From Polyangiaceae bacterium (GTDB taxonomy: Bacteria > Myxococcota_A > Polyangia > Polyangiales > Polyangiaceae), in NCBI GenBank assembly GCA_046351395.1, contig JAXLYP010000017.1:129508-193507 (forward strand): DNA of 64,000 nt, written 5' to 3'. Below, in pieces: positions 28,671 to 38,025 of this stretch. The notes under the pieces were generated by a model, which saw only the letters and a list, made by a program, of their open reading frames with translations, made no database searches and had not been told where the DNA came from. Each line of letters starts with the position of its first letter. Position 1 is the stretch's first letter. Both the position numbers and the translations under genes were made by a program.

Positions 28671-31385
28671 ATGGACGGCCGCCCCGATCCCGAGGAGCTC
28701 CTCGATCGCCTCAGGGCGAACGAGGCGCGGGTCGGCAAGGGCACGCTCAAGATCTTCTTCGGCGCGGCGCCCGGCGTCGGCAAGACGTTCGCGATGCTGG
28801 AGTCGGCCCGCCGCCTCGAGAAGGAGGGGTGGACGTCGTGGTCGGCTGCGTGGAGACGCACGGTCGAGCCGAGACGGCGGCGCTCGTCGAGGGCCTGGAG
28901 GCGCTGCCGATGCGCTCTGTGGAGTACCGCGGCGCGACGCTCCGCGAGTTCGATCTCGACGGCGCGTTGAAGCGCAAGCCGGGCATCCTGCTGCTCGACG
29001 AGCTCGCGCACACGAACGCGCCGGGAGCCTGCACAAGAAGCGCTGGCAGGACGTCATGGATCTGCTCGACGCGGGGATCGACGCCACACGACGCTGAACG
29101 TGCAGCACGTCGAGAGCCTGAACGACGTCGTGCGCGAAGTGACGCAGATCCGGGTCCGCGAGACGGTGCCGGATCGGGTGCTCGAGCGCGCGGACGAGAT
29201 CGAGCTCGTCGATCTTCCGCCCGATGATCTCCTGCAGCGATTGTCCGAGGGCAAGGTCTACCTGGCCGAGCAGGCCGCGCGCGCGAAGACCGGTTCTTCC
29301 GGCGCGGGAACCTCCTCGCGCTCCGGGAGCTCGCCCTCCGTCAGACGGCGCAGCACGTCGACAGCGACGTACGCGAGTACCGGACCGAGCACGCGATCGC
29401 GACGACGTGGGCGTCGGGTGAGCGGATCCTCGTCGCGGTCGGGCCCGCGCCAGCCTCTGCGGGTCTGGTCCGCGCCGCGCGGAGGATGGCCGATCGGCTT
29501 CGGTCGCCCTGGATCGCGGTCTCGGTGGAGTCGACCACGGCCGCGCTCCCAGCCGCGGCGCGCGCGCGGCTCGATGCGAACCTCGGGCTCGCGGCGGATC
29601 TCGGCGCGACCGTCATCCGCCTCGCCAGCGACAGCCTCGCGCGCGCGCTGATCGAGTGCGCGGCGAAGCAAAACGTCACGCGGATCCTGATCGGCAAGCC
29701 GACGCACTCACGCCTCCGCGACTTCGTGCGCGGGTCGCTCCTCGACGCGGTGGTGCGGGGCAGTGGCAACATCGATGTACTCGTCACGTCGGGCAGCGAC
29801 GCGGAGGAGCCTCGACCGAGCGGCGATCCCGGCTCGCGCGCCGCCGCGCCCGGCAGCCCGCTCGCCCTCGCCCCCTACGCGATCGGGACGCTCGCGATCC
29901 TCGCGGTGACGGGGCTCGGCATGACGGTGAGGGCGCGCCTCGATCTCGCCGACGTCGTCATGCTCTACCTCCTCGCGATCGGCGCCGTCGCGATGCGGTT
30001 CGGGCGCTGGCCGAGCGTGGTCGCGGCCGCGCTCGCGGTCGCCGCGCTCGACTTCTTCTTCGTGCCTCCGTTCTACGAGTTCGTCGTCACGGACGCGCGG
30101 CACGTCTTCACGTTCGCGATGATGTTCGTCGTGGGCGTGCTCTTGAGCGGCCTGATGCTCCGGATCCGGCGGCAGGAGCGCGCGGCGTGGCTCCGCGCCG
30201 AGCGAACCACGATGCTCTACGCGCTGACGCGCGCGATCGCGGGGGGCGTCGACCGCGGAGGAGATCGCAGGCATCGTGAGTCGACACGTCGAGACGACCC
30301 TGGACTGCGACGCCACGGTGTGGCTGGCGACCGGCGAGCGATCGAAGCTCGCGCGCATCGACCCGGACGCGCCCGTCGACCCGCAAGACGAGATCGTCGC
30401 AGCGTGGGTGCTCGAGCATGGGAAAATCGCTGGGCTCGGTACCGACACGCTCGCAGGAGCCAAGGTGTTCGCCGCGCCGATGGTCTCCGCGACGGCGACG
30501 TGGGGCGTCGTCGCGCTCCGGCCGCGCGTCCAAGGGGCGCTCGTCGATCGCGAGCAGAGGGACCTCCTCGAGGCGTTGCTGCGTCAGGCCGGACTGGCGA
30601 TCGAGCGGGCTCACCTCGCGGAGGAGGCGCGCCTGGCGGCGCTGCGCGCGAAGACGGAGGAGCTCCGAGCGTCCCTGCTGTCCGCGGTGTCGCACGATCT
30701 TCGGACGCCGCTCGCCGCGATCACTGGCGCCGCGACGTCTCTCCTGGACGCCTCCGAGCGCTTCGCCGAGCCGCAGCGCGTGGAGCTCCTCAGCGCCATC
30801 TGCGAGGAGGCCGATCACCTCGAGCGCCTCCTCACGAACCTCCTCGACATGACGCGGATCGACTCGGGTGGGATCGCGGTGAAGCGGGACTGGGTCCCGA
30901 TCGAGGAGGTCGTGGGATCGGCGCTCGCGCGCGTCGAGAAGACCTTGGCGGGCCATCCGCTCGCGATCGATCTGCCCGCGGATCTCCCGCTCGTCGCGGT
31001 CGATCCGGTGGTGTTCGGGCAGGTCTTCGTGAACCTGCTCGAGAACGCCGCGAAGTACACGCCGGCCGGCTCGGCGATCGAGATCGCGGGGCGCCGAACG
31101 GAGCGCGCGGTCGAGATCGACGTGGCGGATCACGGCCCCGGCATCCCCGAGGCGATCCAGAAGCGCGTCTTCGAGAAGTTCTACCGCGGCGCTGGCGAGC
31201 GGGCGGGCGGGGTAGGCCTCGGCCTCGCCATCTGTCGCGGGATCGTCGAGGCCCACGGCGGGACCATCTCAGTCACGAACCGGCCTGAAGGCGGGGCGCT
31301 GTTTCGGATCTCGCTCCCGCTCCTCGACGAAGCGCCGCCCGTGCCATCCGAGCCGCCGGCCCCCGAGACGAAGGACGCGACGTGA
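28671..31385 (+). pseudogene. kdpD: kdpD sensor histidine kinase, copy 1, disrupted by five single-base indels (pseudogene or homopolymer sequencing errors)
   Basis: The KdpD reading frame is split over five ORFs (28665, 28829, 29100, 29486, 30276). Comparison with the intact paralogue 33847..36591 pins the indels: -1 in gaggggtgg (~28830), -1 in gccgggagcc (~29030), -1 in gacgccacac (~29085), -1 in aagaccgg (~29290), +1 in gcggggggc (~30247). Net -3, so the C-terminal HisKA/HATPase part returns to the initial frame. Confidence 0.85.
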
Positions 31386-31533
31386 GAGAAGAAGGAGACC
31401 TCGTATTGGTCATCGAAGCCGACAGGACGCTTCACTCATGCGTTCTTGACACCGTTGGGGCCCATCTTGAACCCGCTCTGCTTCGGCGCTCGCTAAACAG
31501 CGGACATCCGTCTCCGAGACTGGAGCACCCATC

Positions 31534-32889
31534 ATGTTCGAGACTCTCGTTTGCAGTCCGCTCGCCAGAGGACTCCTCGTCGCTGGTTGGCTCTTGATCG
31601 CGCCGTCGCTCGCGCACGCGCAGCCGGTGTCACCGGTCACGCCCGAGCAGCCCGCGGAGCCCCCCCGGCCCGCGCAGCCCGCCGAGCCGGTTTCGCCGCC
31701 GGCGCAGCCGGCGCCAGCTGGCGAACCACCGAAGGGCGACCATGCGCCCGTCAATCAGGCCGAGGCTCCTCCGAAGAGGTGGTACGAAAACATCGAGCTC
31801 TCGGCGTTCATCGACGCGTATGTCTCTTTGAACACGAACTTCCCCCAGCCCGAAGGCCCGACTCCCACCGGCGGTGGAAACAGCTTTCGGGCCTACGACG
31901 TGAACAACGGCCTGAGCCTCCATTGGATAGGCGCCGACTTGTCCTACGCGCCAGAACCGATCGGAGCCACGCTGGGCGTTCGATTTGGACCCTCTGCAAC
32001 CATTTACGCGGCGTCCGACGCGGCCATCCATCTCGAGAACATCAAGCAGGCGTTCGCGACACTGAAGGTCAAGCAGTTTACGCTCGACTTTGGTAAGTTC
32101 GACACGTTCATCGGGGCCGAGGTCGCGGACAGTCAGTTCAACATGAACTACACGCGCGGCGTCCTCTACTGGTACGCTCAGCCTCTGTTCCATACCGGAT
32201 TCCGTGTCCAGTACGACTTCGGTGAGCTCGCGACGCTCCGAGCGATCGTGGTCAATGGCTGGAACGACACGCTCGACGACAACGCGGGGAAGAGCGGCGG
32301 CCTCCAGTTGACGATCAAAGGAAAGGACAAAATCACTGCATCGCTCGGCTACATCATCGGTCCGGAGCAGGCGGACACGGCGGTCGTCAGCTGCCCGGCG
32401 GACACGGCCTTCACTGGCGGTAAGTGCGTGGCGGCGCGCGGCGAGCCGGGCGGCGATTTCGACGTCGCGGTCGACGGAGCGAACAGCCGGCTCAAGCACA
32501 TCGTCGACCTCGTGGTCGATGCGAAGCCTGTCGAGCCCCTCCGCATCCTCGCCAATGGCGACTTCGGTGCCGAGCAGCAGCCGGGGGGCGACTACGCGCT
32601 GTGGTATGGCGCGGCCCTCGCGGTGGGCGTGACCCCCGCGAAGATCTGTTCACTCGCGCTGCGCGGGGAGGCCTACCGCGACGCCCAGGGCTACACGACG
32701 GGCGTCGGGACCCCGATCACGTTCTTCACCGGCACCTTGACCGCGAACCTCAGCCCGGTCGATCAGCTGTCTGTGTTCTTCGACGCGCGGCTCGATGGGG
32801 CGACGCAGAGTGTCTTCCAGAAGCGGATCGAAGAGAGCGCGCCCCTGCAATTCACGACGACGCTCGGCACGATCGTGAAGACCAACTGA
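31534..32889 (+). CDS. Outer-membrane porin-like beta-barrel protein (signal peptide, Pro-rich N-terminal stretch)
   Basis: MFETLVCSPLARGLLVAGWLLIAPSLAHA signal. PVSPVTPEQPAEPPRPAQPAEPVSPPAQP linker. Alternating amphipathic strands (LSLHWIGADLSYAP, TLGVRFGPSATIYAA, FTLDFGKFDTFIG...). Sits between the two kdpCD copies. Confidence 0.6.
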   Translation: MFETLVCSPLARGLLVAGWLLIAPSLAHAQPVSPVTPEQPAEPPRPAQPAEPVSPPAQPAPAGEPPKGDHAPVNQAEAPPKRWYENIELSAFIDAYVSLNTNFPQPEGPTPTGGGNSFRAYDVNNGLSLHWIGADLSYAPEPIGATLGVRFGPSATIYAASDAAIHLENIKQAFATLKVKQFTLDFGKFDTFIGAEVADSQFNMNYTRGVLYWYAQPLFHTGFRVQYDFGELATLRAIVVNGWNDTLDDNAGKSGGLQLTIKGKDKITASLGYIIGPEQADTAVVSCPADTAFTGGKCVAARGEPGGDFDVAVDGANSRLKHIVDLVVDAKPVEPLRILANGDFGAEQQPGGDYALWYGAALAVGVTPAKICSLALRGEAYRDAQGYTTGVGTPITFFTGTLTANLSPVDQLSVFFDARLDGATQSVFQKRIEESAPLQFTTTLGTIVKTN

Positions 32890-33130
32890 AAGCAACTCGC
32901 ATCTTGATCCCTTCTCGACCCAATGGTGCGCCACCTTGACGACGCCGAGACGGGCGAGATCGCAGAACCCCGTCCTCTCCCGAGGCCCCGCCGAAGGGCG
33001 CTAGCTAGGGAAACCATGGTTCGATTGCGCGTCTGCATCGCCGCCGCCCTTTTCTGGGGGGCTGACCTGGGGCCGCAATTGCTCGGGGAAAAAGAGGGCT
33101 CGATATGCTGCGCGCGGCCCTCCACCTCGT

Positions 33131-33844
33131 GTGAGAGCCGCGGTCGCGCCGCGGCTCGGAGCCTCGGCAGAAGGGCGCGCCTCGGGCGCGTCGGTGAATC
33201 CCACAAGGACACTCCGCCCCGCGCTCGTGCTCCTCGCGATCTTCACGATGGTCTGCGGCCTCCTCTATCCTCTCGCCGTGACGAGCGCCGCGAACGTGTT
33301 TGCGAAGCAGCGCCAAGGCAGCCTCGTGGTCGCGGCGAACGGGCAGATCGTCGGATCGAAGCTCGTCGGCCAGTCGTTCACGAAACCCGGTCATTTCTGG
33401 GGCCGCCCATCGGCGACGAGCCCCGCGCCCTACGACGCAGGCAGCTCGAGCGGCTCGAACCTCGGCCCGTCCAACCCCGCGCTCCGCGACGCGATCCGAG
33501 AGCGCGTGCAGGCGCTGAAGGCCGCCGATCCGGAGCAGGCGGGTGAGGTCCCGGTCGATCTCGTGAGTGCGTCCGGGAGCGGCCTCGATCCGGACATCAG
33601 CCCGGCTGCGGCCTACTACCAGGTGCACCGGGTCGCGATCGCGCGCGGCCTCGACGAGTCGAAGGTGCGCGCGCTCGTCGACGCGAATGTCGAGGGCCGG
33701 TTCCTCGGGATCTTCGGCGAGCCGCACGTCAGCGCGCTGCTCTTGAACCAGGCGCTCGATGCGCTCGCCGGCGGAGCGTCCGCGGTCGTCCTCGAAGGGG
33801 CGGCGAGCGCGCGGCACGAGACGTCCGCGAGCGCGGCCGAGTAG
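33131..33844 (+). CDS. kdpC: KdpC paralogue (copy 2) lacking the canonical ATG (ATG->ACA); only an upstream in-frame GTG giving a 20-aa N-terminal extension
   Basis: Copy 1 has ggtgaatcccATGaagacactccg. Copy 2 has ggtgaatcccACAaggacactccg. The rest (TLRPALVLLAIFTMVCGLLYPLAVTSAANVFAKQ ... ) is conserved. Confidence 0.6.
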   Translation: MRAAVAPRLGASAEGRASGASVNPTRTLRPALVLLAIFTMVCGLLYPLAVTSAANVFAKQRQGSLVVAANGQIVGSKLVGQSFTKPGHFWGRPSATSPAPYDAGSSSGSNLGPSNPALRDAIRERVQALKAADPEQAGEVPVDLVSASGSGLDPDISPAAAYYQVHRVAIARGLDESKVRALVDANVEGRFLGIFGEPHVSALLLNQALDALAGGASAVVLEGAASARHETSASAAE

Positions 33845-33846
33845 TC

Positions 33847-36591
33847 GTGATGGACGGCCGCCCCGATCCCGAGGAGCTCCTCGACCGCGTGAAGGCGGAC
33901 GAGGCGCGCGTCGGACAGGGCGCGCTCAAGATCTTCTTCGGCGCGGCGCCCGGCGTCGGCAAGACGTTCGCGATGCTGGAGTCGGCCCGCCGCCTCGAGA
34001 AGGAGGGGGTGGACGTCGTGGTCGGCTGCGTGGAGACGCACGGTCGAGCCGAGACGGCGGCGCTCGTCGAGGGCCTGGAGGCGCTGCCGATGCGCTCTGT
34101 GGAGTACCGCGGCGCGACGCTCCGCGAGTTCGATCTCGACGGCGCGTTGAAGCGCAAGCCGGGCATCCTGCTGCTCGACGAGCTCGCGCACACGAACGCG
34201 CCGGGGAGCCTGCACAAGAAGCGCTGGCAGGACGTCATGGATCTGCTCGACGCGGGGATCGACGTCCACACGACGCTCAACGTGCAGCACGTCGAGAGCC
34301 TGAACGACGTCGTCCGAGAGGTGACGCAGGTTCGGGTGCGCGAGACCGTGCCGGACCGAGTGCTCGAGCGCGCGGACGAGATCGAGCTCGTCGATCTTCC
34401 GCCGGACGATCTCCTGCAGCGGCTGTCCGACGGGAAGGTCTACCTCGCCGAGCAGGCCGCGCGCGCCAAGGAGCGCTTCTTTCGCCGGGGCAACCTCCTC
34501 GCGCTCCGCGAGCTCGCGCTCCGGCAGACCGCGCAGCACGTCGACAGTGACGTGCGCGAGTACCGCAAGGAGCACGCGATCGCGACGACGTGGGCGTCGG
34601 GCGAGCGGATCCTCGTCGCGGTCGGCCCATCACCGGCGTCGGCGGCGCTGGTCCGCGCCGCGCGCCGTATGGCGGATCGGCTCCGCGCGCCCTGGATCGC
34701 CGCCTCCGTCGAGTCGACCACGGCCGCGATGACCCCTCGGGCGCGTGCGCGGCTCGACGCGAACCTCGGGCTCGCCGCGGATCTCGGCGCCGCCGTGCTC
34801 CGGCTCACGAGCGACGACATCCCTCGCGCCCTGATCGACTGCGCCGCGAAGCAGAACGTCACGCGCATCGTGATCGGGAAGCCGACCCACTCGCGGCTCC
34901 GCGACTTCGTGCGGGGATCGCTGCTCGACGCGGTCGTGCGGGGCAGCGGGAACGTCGACGTGCTGGTCACTTCGGGGACCGACGACGAGACCCGGCCGAC
35001 GGAGGAGCCACGGGCGCGGCCGGACCCGCCCAAACCTCTGGCGCTCGCGCCCTACGCGCTCGCGACGCTCGGGATCCTCGCCGTGACGGGGCTCGGCGTG
35101 TCGATCCGCGCTCGGCTCGACCTCGCGGACGTCGTCATGCTGTACCTCCTCGCGATCGGCGCGGTCGCGATGCGGTTCGGTCGGTGGCCGAGCGTCTTCA
35201 CGGCGGCGCTCGCGGTGGGCGCGCTCGACTTCTTCTTCGTGCCCCCGCTCTACGAGCTCGTCGTCACCGACGCTCGTCACGTCTTCACGTTCGCGATGAT
35301 GTTCGTGGTCGGCGTGCTCCTCAGCGGCCTGATGCTGCGGATCCGAAGGCAGGAGCGGGCCGCTTGGCTGCGCGCCGAGCGCACCGCGATGCTCTACGCC
35401 CTGACGCGGGCCATCGCCGGCGCGTCGAGCGCGGAGGAGATCGCTCGGGTCGTCCGCCGCCACGTGGAGACGACCCTCGAGTGCGACGCCGCCGTGTGGC
35501 TCTCGGGCGGAGCGCCCGAGTCGATCGCTCCCGGGACGGCCGATCGGTCGCGCCTCGTGCGCGTCGACGCGGACAGAGCGGTCGAAGCGCAGGACGAGAC
35601 GGTCGCCTCCTGGGTGCTCGAGCATGGGCGGGTCGCGGGGCTCGGCACCGATACGCTCGCGGGCGCGAAGGTGTTCGCTGCGCCCATGGCGTCGGCGACG
35701 GCGACCTGGGGCGTCATCGCCTTGCGGCCGCGTGGGGACGACGCGCGAATCGACCGCGAGCAGCGAGACCTGCTCGACGCGCTGCTGCGCCAGGCGGGCC
35801 TCGCGATCGAGCGCACGCGCCTCGCCGAGGAGGCGCGCGTCGCCGCGCTCCGCGCGAAGACGGAGGAGCTCCGAGCGTCCCTCCTCTCGGCGGTGTCCCA
35901 CGATCTTCGCACGCCGCTCGCGGCGATCACGGGCGCCGCGACTTCGCTGCTGGACGCGTCCGAGCGCCTCGACGAGCCGCAGCGCGTGGAGCTCCTGACG
36001 GCGATCTGCGACGAGGCGGATCACCTCGAGCGGCTCCTCACGAACCTGCTCGACATGACGCGGATCGACTCGGGAGGCGTCGCCGTGAAGCGCGAGTGGG
36101 TCCCGATCGAAGAGGTCGTCGGCTCGGCGCTCGCGCGCGTGGAGAAGAGCCTCGCGGGGCGTCCGCTCGAGATCCACCTCCCCGCCGATCTGCCGCTCGT
36201 CGCGGTCGATCCCGTCGTGTTCGGCCAGGTCTTCGTGAACCTCCTCGAGAACGCCGCGAAGTACACGCCCGATGGATCACCCATCGAGGTCGGTGCGCGC
36301 CGAGCGGACGGCGCCATCGAGATCGACGTGGCCGATCATGGGCCCGGGATCCCCGAGGCCGCCCAGAAGCGCGTGTTCGAGAAGTTCTACCGAGGGGTTG
36401 GAGAGCGACCGGGCGGCGTGGGGCTGGGCCTCGCGATCTGTCGCGGGATCGTCGAGGCGCACGGCGGCGCCATCGCGGTCACGAACCGGCCCGGGGGTGG
36501 CGCGCTCTTCCGGATCTCGCTGCCGCTCGTCGAGTCTCCCCCCGTGCCCTCCGAGCCCCCACCGCCGGGCGATGCGGAGGCCGCGCGATGA
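33847..36591 (+). CDS. kdpD: Sensor histidine kinase KdpD (intact; KdpD N-terminal sensor/Usp, four TM helices, GAF-like, HisKA, HATPase)
   Basis: 914 aa. GAAPGVGKTFAML P-loop. TM block. H-box SAVSHDLRTPLAAITGA. N/G boxes (LLENAAKYTP, GVGLGLAICRGIVEAHGG). Confidence 0.9.
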   Translation: MMDGRPDPEELLDRVKADEARVGQGALKIFFGAAPGVGKTFAMLESARRLEKEGVDVVVGCVETHGRAETAALVEGLEALPMRSVEYRGATLREFDLDGALKRKPGILLLDELAHTNAPGSLHKKRWQDVMDLLDAGIDVHTTLNVQHVESLNDVVREVTQVRVRETVPDRVLERADEIELVDLPPDDLLQRLSDGKVYLAEQAARAKERFFRRGNLLALRELALRQTAQHVDSDVREYRKEHAIATTWASGERILVAVGPSPASAALVRAARRMADRLRAPWIAASVESTTAAMTPRARARLDANLGLAADLGAAVLRLTSDDIPRALIDCAAKQNVTRIVIGKPTHSRLRDFVRGSLLDAVVRGSGNVDVLVTSGTDDETRPTEEPRARPDPPKPLALAPYALATLGILAVTGLGVSIRARLDLADVVMLYLLAIGAVAMRFGRWPSVFTAALAVGALDFFFVPPLYELVVTDARHVFTFAMMFVVGVLLSGLMLRIRRQERAAWLRAERTAMLYALTRAIAGASSAEEIARVVRRHVETTLECDAAVWLSGGAPESIAPGTADRSRLVRVDADRAVEAQDETVASWVLEHGRVAGLGTDTLAGAKVFAAPMASATATWGVIALRPRGDDARIDREQRDLLDALLRQAGLAIERTRLAEEARVAALRAKTEELRASLLSAVSHDLRTPLAAITGAATSLLDASERLDEPQRVELLTAICDEADHLERLLTNLLDMTRIDSGGVAVKREWVPIEEVVGSALARVEKSLAGRPLEIHLPADLPLVAVDPVVFGQVFVNLLENAAKYTPDGSPIEVGARRADGAIEIDVADHGPGIPEAAQKRVFEKFYRGVGERPGGVGLGLAICRGIVEAHGGAIAVTNRPGGGALFRISLPLVESPPVPSEPPPPGDAEAAR

Positions 36592-36670
36592 CCGAGGGGC
36601 GCGAGTGGCGCCCCCGCGAAGGGCGCTCGAGGTTGCAGACGAGCGTCGGACGATCTGCGAGCCTCGCGTC

Positions 36671-37195
36671 ATGCGACTCCAACTCCTCAAGCTCGCGGCC
36701 AAGCGGCCGCTCGTCGCGCTCTTCGGAGCGCTCCTCCTCGTAGGTGCCGCGGTCGCGGCGCCGATCGCGCTGGTCGCGTCGAGCGGCGGTTCGGAGGCGA
36801 GCGCGGCGAACCCGCGGTCCCTGATCGGCCGCCTGTGGCTCGATCGCTACCCGGGCAAGCCGCGCGACGAGGTCGATCTGATCCTCTTCTTCGGCAGCGG
36901 GTTCGGCGTCTACGAGCACGGGTCGCGCTACAAGGCGTCGATGGAATTCTTCGAGTTCGAGCGGCAAGGGGGCGCCGTCGAGGTGCACTTCTTCCAGGAC
37001 GACTCGCGCATGAAGACGAAGTTCGAGATCTCCGCGTGCTCGGACGATCGGAACTTCGACCTTTGCCTCGACTTCAAGAACTCCCCGCGCGGTCCCAAGC
37101 GCTACTACTCGTGGGGACGCGACGGTGACGACGCCGCGCACGTCCCCTGGGCGGAGGATTGGAAGCGAGGCGCCGAGGCGCGCGTGACGCGGTGA
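36671..37195 (+). CDS. Hypothetical secreted protein
   Basis: MRLQLLKLAAKRPLVALFGALLLVGAAVAAPIALVAS signal-like N-terminus. 174 aa. No known domain. Confidence 0.5.
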   Translation: MRLQLLKLAAKRPLVALFGALLLVGAAVAAPIALVASSGGSEASAANPRSLIGRLWLDRYPGKPRDEVDLILFFGSGFGVYEHGSRYKASMEFFEFERQGGAVEVHFFQDDSRMKTKFEISACSDDRNFDLCLDFKNSPRGPKRYYSWGRDGDDAAHVPWAEDWKRGAEARVTR

Positions 37196-37235
37196 CCGGC
37201 TTGACGCGCCTCGCGCGGAGGGCGACGTCAGCCGC

Positions 37236-38018
37236 ATGACGGATCGAGTCAGCATCGAGCAGCGCGGCCACGTCCTCCTCATCGGGATCCAGCGCCCAGA
37301 GAAGCGCAACGCGTTCGACCTCGCGATGATCGACGCCCTGGGCGCCGCGTACCAGCGCCTCGGGGACGACCCCACGATCCGCGCCGGCGTCGTCTTCGCG
37401 CACGGCGCCCACTTCTCCGCGGGCCTCGAGCTCACGGAGGTGGGGCCGGCGGTCCTCGAGCACGGCCCGAAGGCGCTCGGCGGCGCGCACGCGTACGATC
37501 CGTTCGCGATGTGGGGCCCGCGCGTCCCGAAGCCCGTCGTGATCGCGCTCCAGGGCATCGCGTTCACGCTGTCGATCGAGCTCGCGCTCGCGAGCGACAT
37601 CGTCGTCGCGGCGACGGACGTCCGCTTCCGCCAGCTCGGCTGAGGTCGGTCGCGGTATCGTGCCGTTCGGCGGCGCCACGATGCGCGCCCCTCGGCACCT
37701 CGGCGAAGGAACGCGATGCGCTTCCTCCTCACCGGCGAGGAGTTCGGCGCGGAGGTCGCGCTGCGCATCGGCCTCGTGCAGGAGGTCGTCCCCGTCGGTC
37801 AGCAGGTCGAGCGGGCCGCCGAGATCGCCGCGCTCATCGCCAAGCAATCCCCGACCGCGGTGCGCACCACGCTCGAGAACGCGCGCCTCGAAATGTCCGA
37901 GGGCACGGACAGCGCGCGCGCTCACCTCCTCGACACGCTGCCCAAGATCATGTCGAGCGAGGACGCGCGCGAGGGTGTGCAGAGCTTCATCGAGCGCCGC
38001 GAAGCCGTGTTCAAGTGA
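37236..38018 (+). pseudogene. Enoyl-CoA hydratase/isomerase (crotonase) family gene interrupted by a compensating +1/-1 frameshift pair about 60 nt apart
   Basis: Frame 0 ends at TGA 37641. The conserved motif ...EVGRGIVPFGGATMRAPRHLGEG is readable only in the +1 frame 37642-37705. The gene then resumes in frame 0 (MRFLLTGEEFGAEVALRIGLVQEVVP...). Confidence 0.7.
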
Positions 38019-38025
38019 GCGGCGC

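Larger units (their letters stand above)
27925..31385 (+). repeat. Segmental duplication copy 1 (last ~11 codons of kdpB + kdpC + kdpD)
   Basis: DNA/protein homology to 33100..36591 begins at ...tcgacatgctgctcgcggccctccacctcgtgtga (KdpB tail) and runs to the kdpD stop. Copies are about 85-90% identical at protein level. Confidence 0.8.
33100..36591 (+). repeat. Segmental duplication copy 2 (kdpB 3' remnant + kdpC' + intact kdpD)
   Basis: Starts with tcgatatgctgcgcgcggccctccacctcgtgtga (DMLRAALHLV*, remnant of KdpB C-terminus) with no upstream kdpB body. Confidence 0.8.

Noticed and set aside
31382-31597. 71-aa ORF after kdpD copy 1 as a real gene
   Set aside because: Not called as a gene. 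Too short and non-conserved; kept only as a possible kdpE remnant in the findings.
34590-36743. 717-aa plus ORF and 34630..36177 minus 515-aa ORF
   Set aside because: Alternate-frame and antisense ORFs over intact kdpD copy 2. R-rich.
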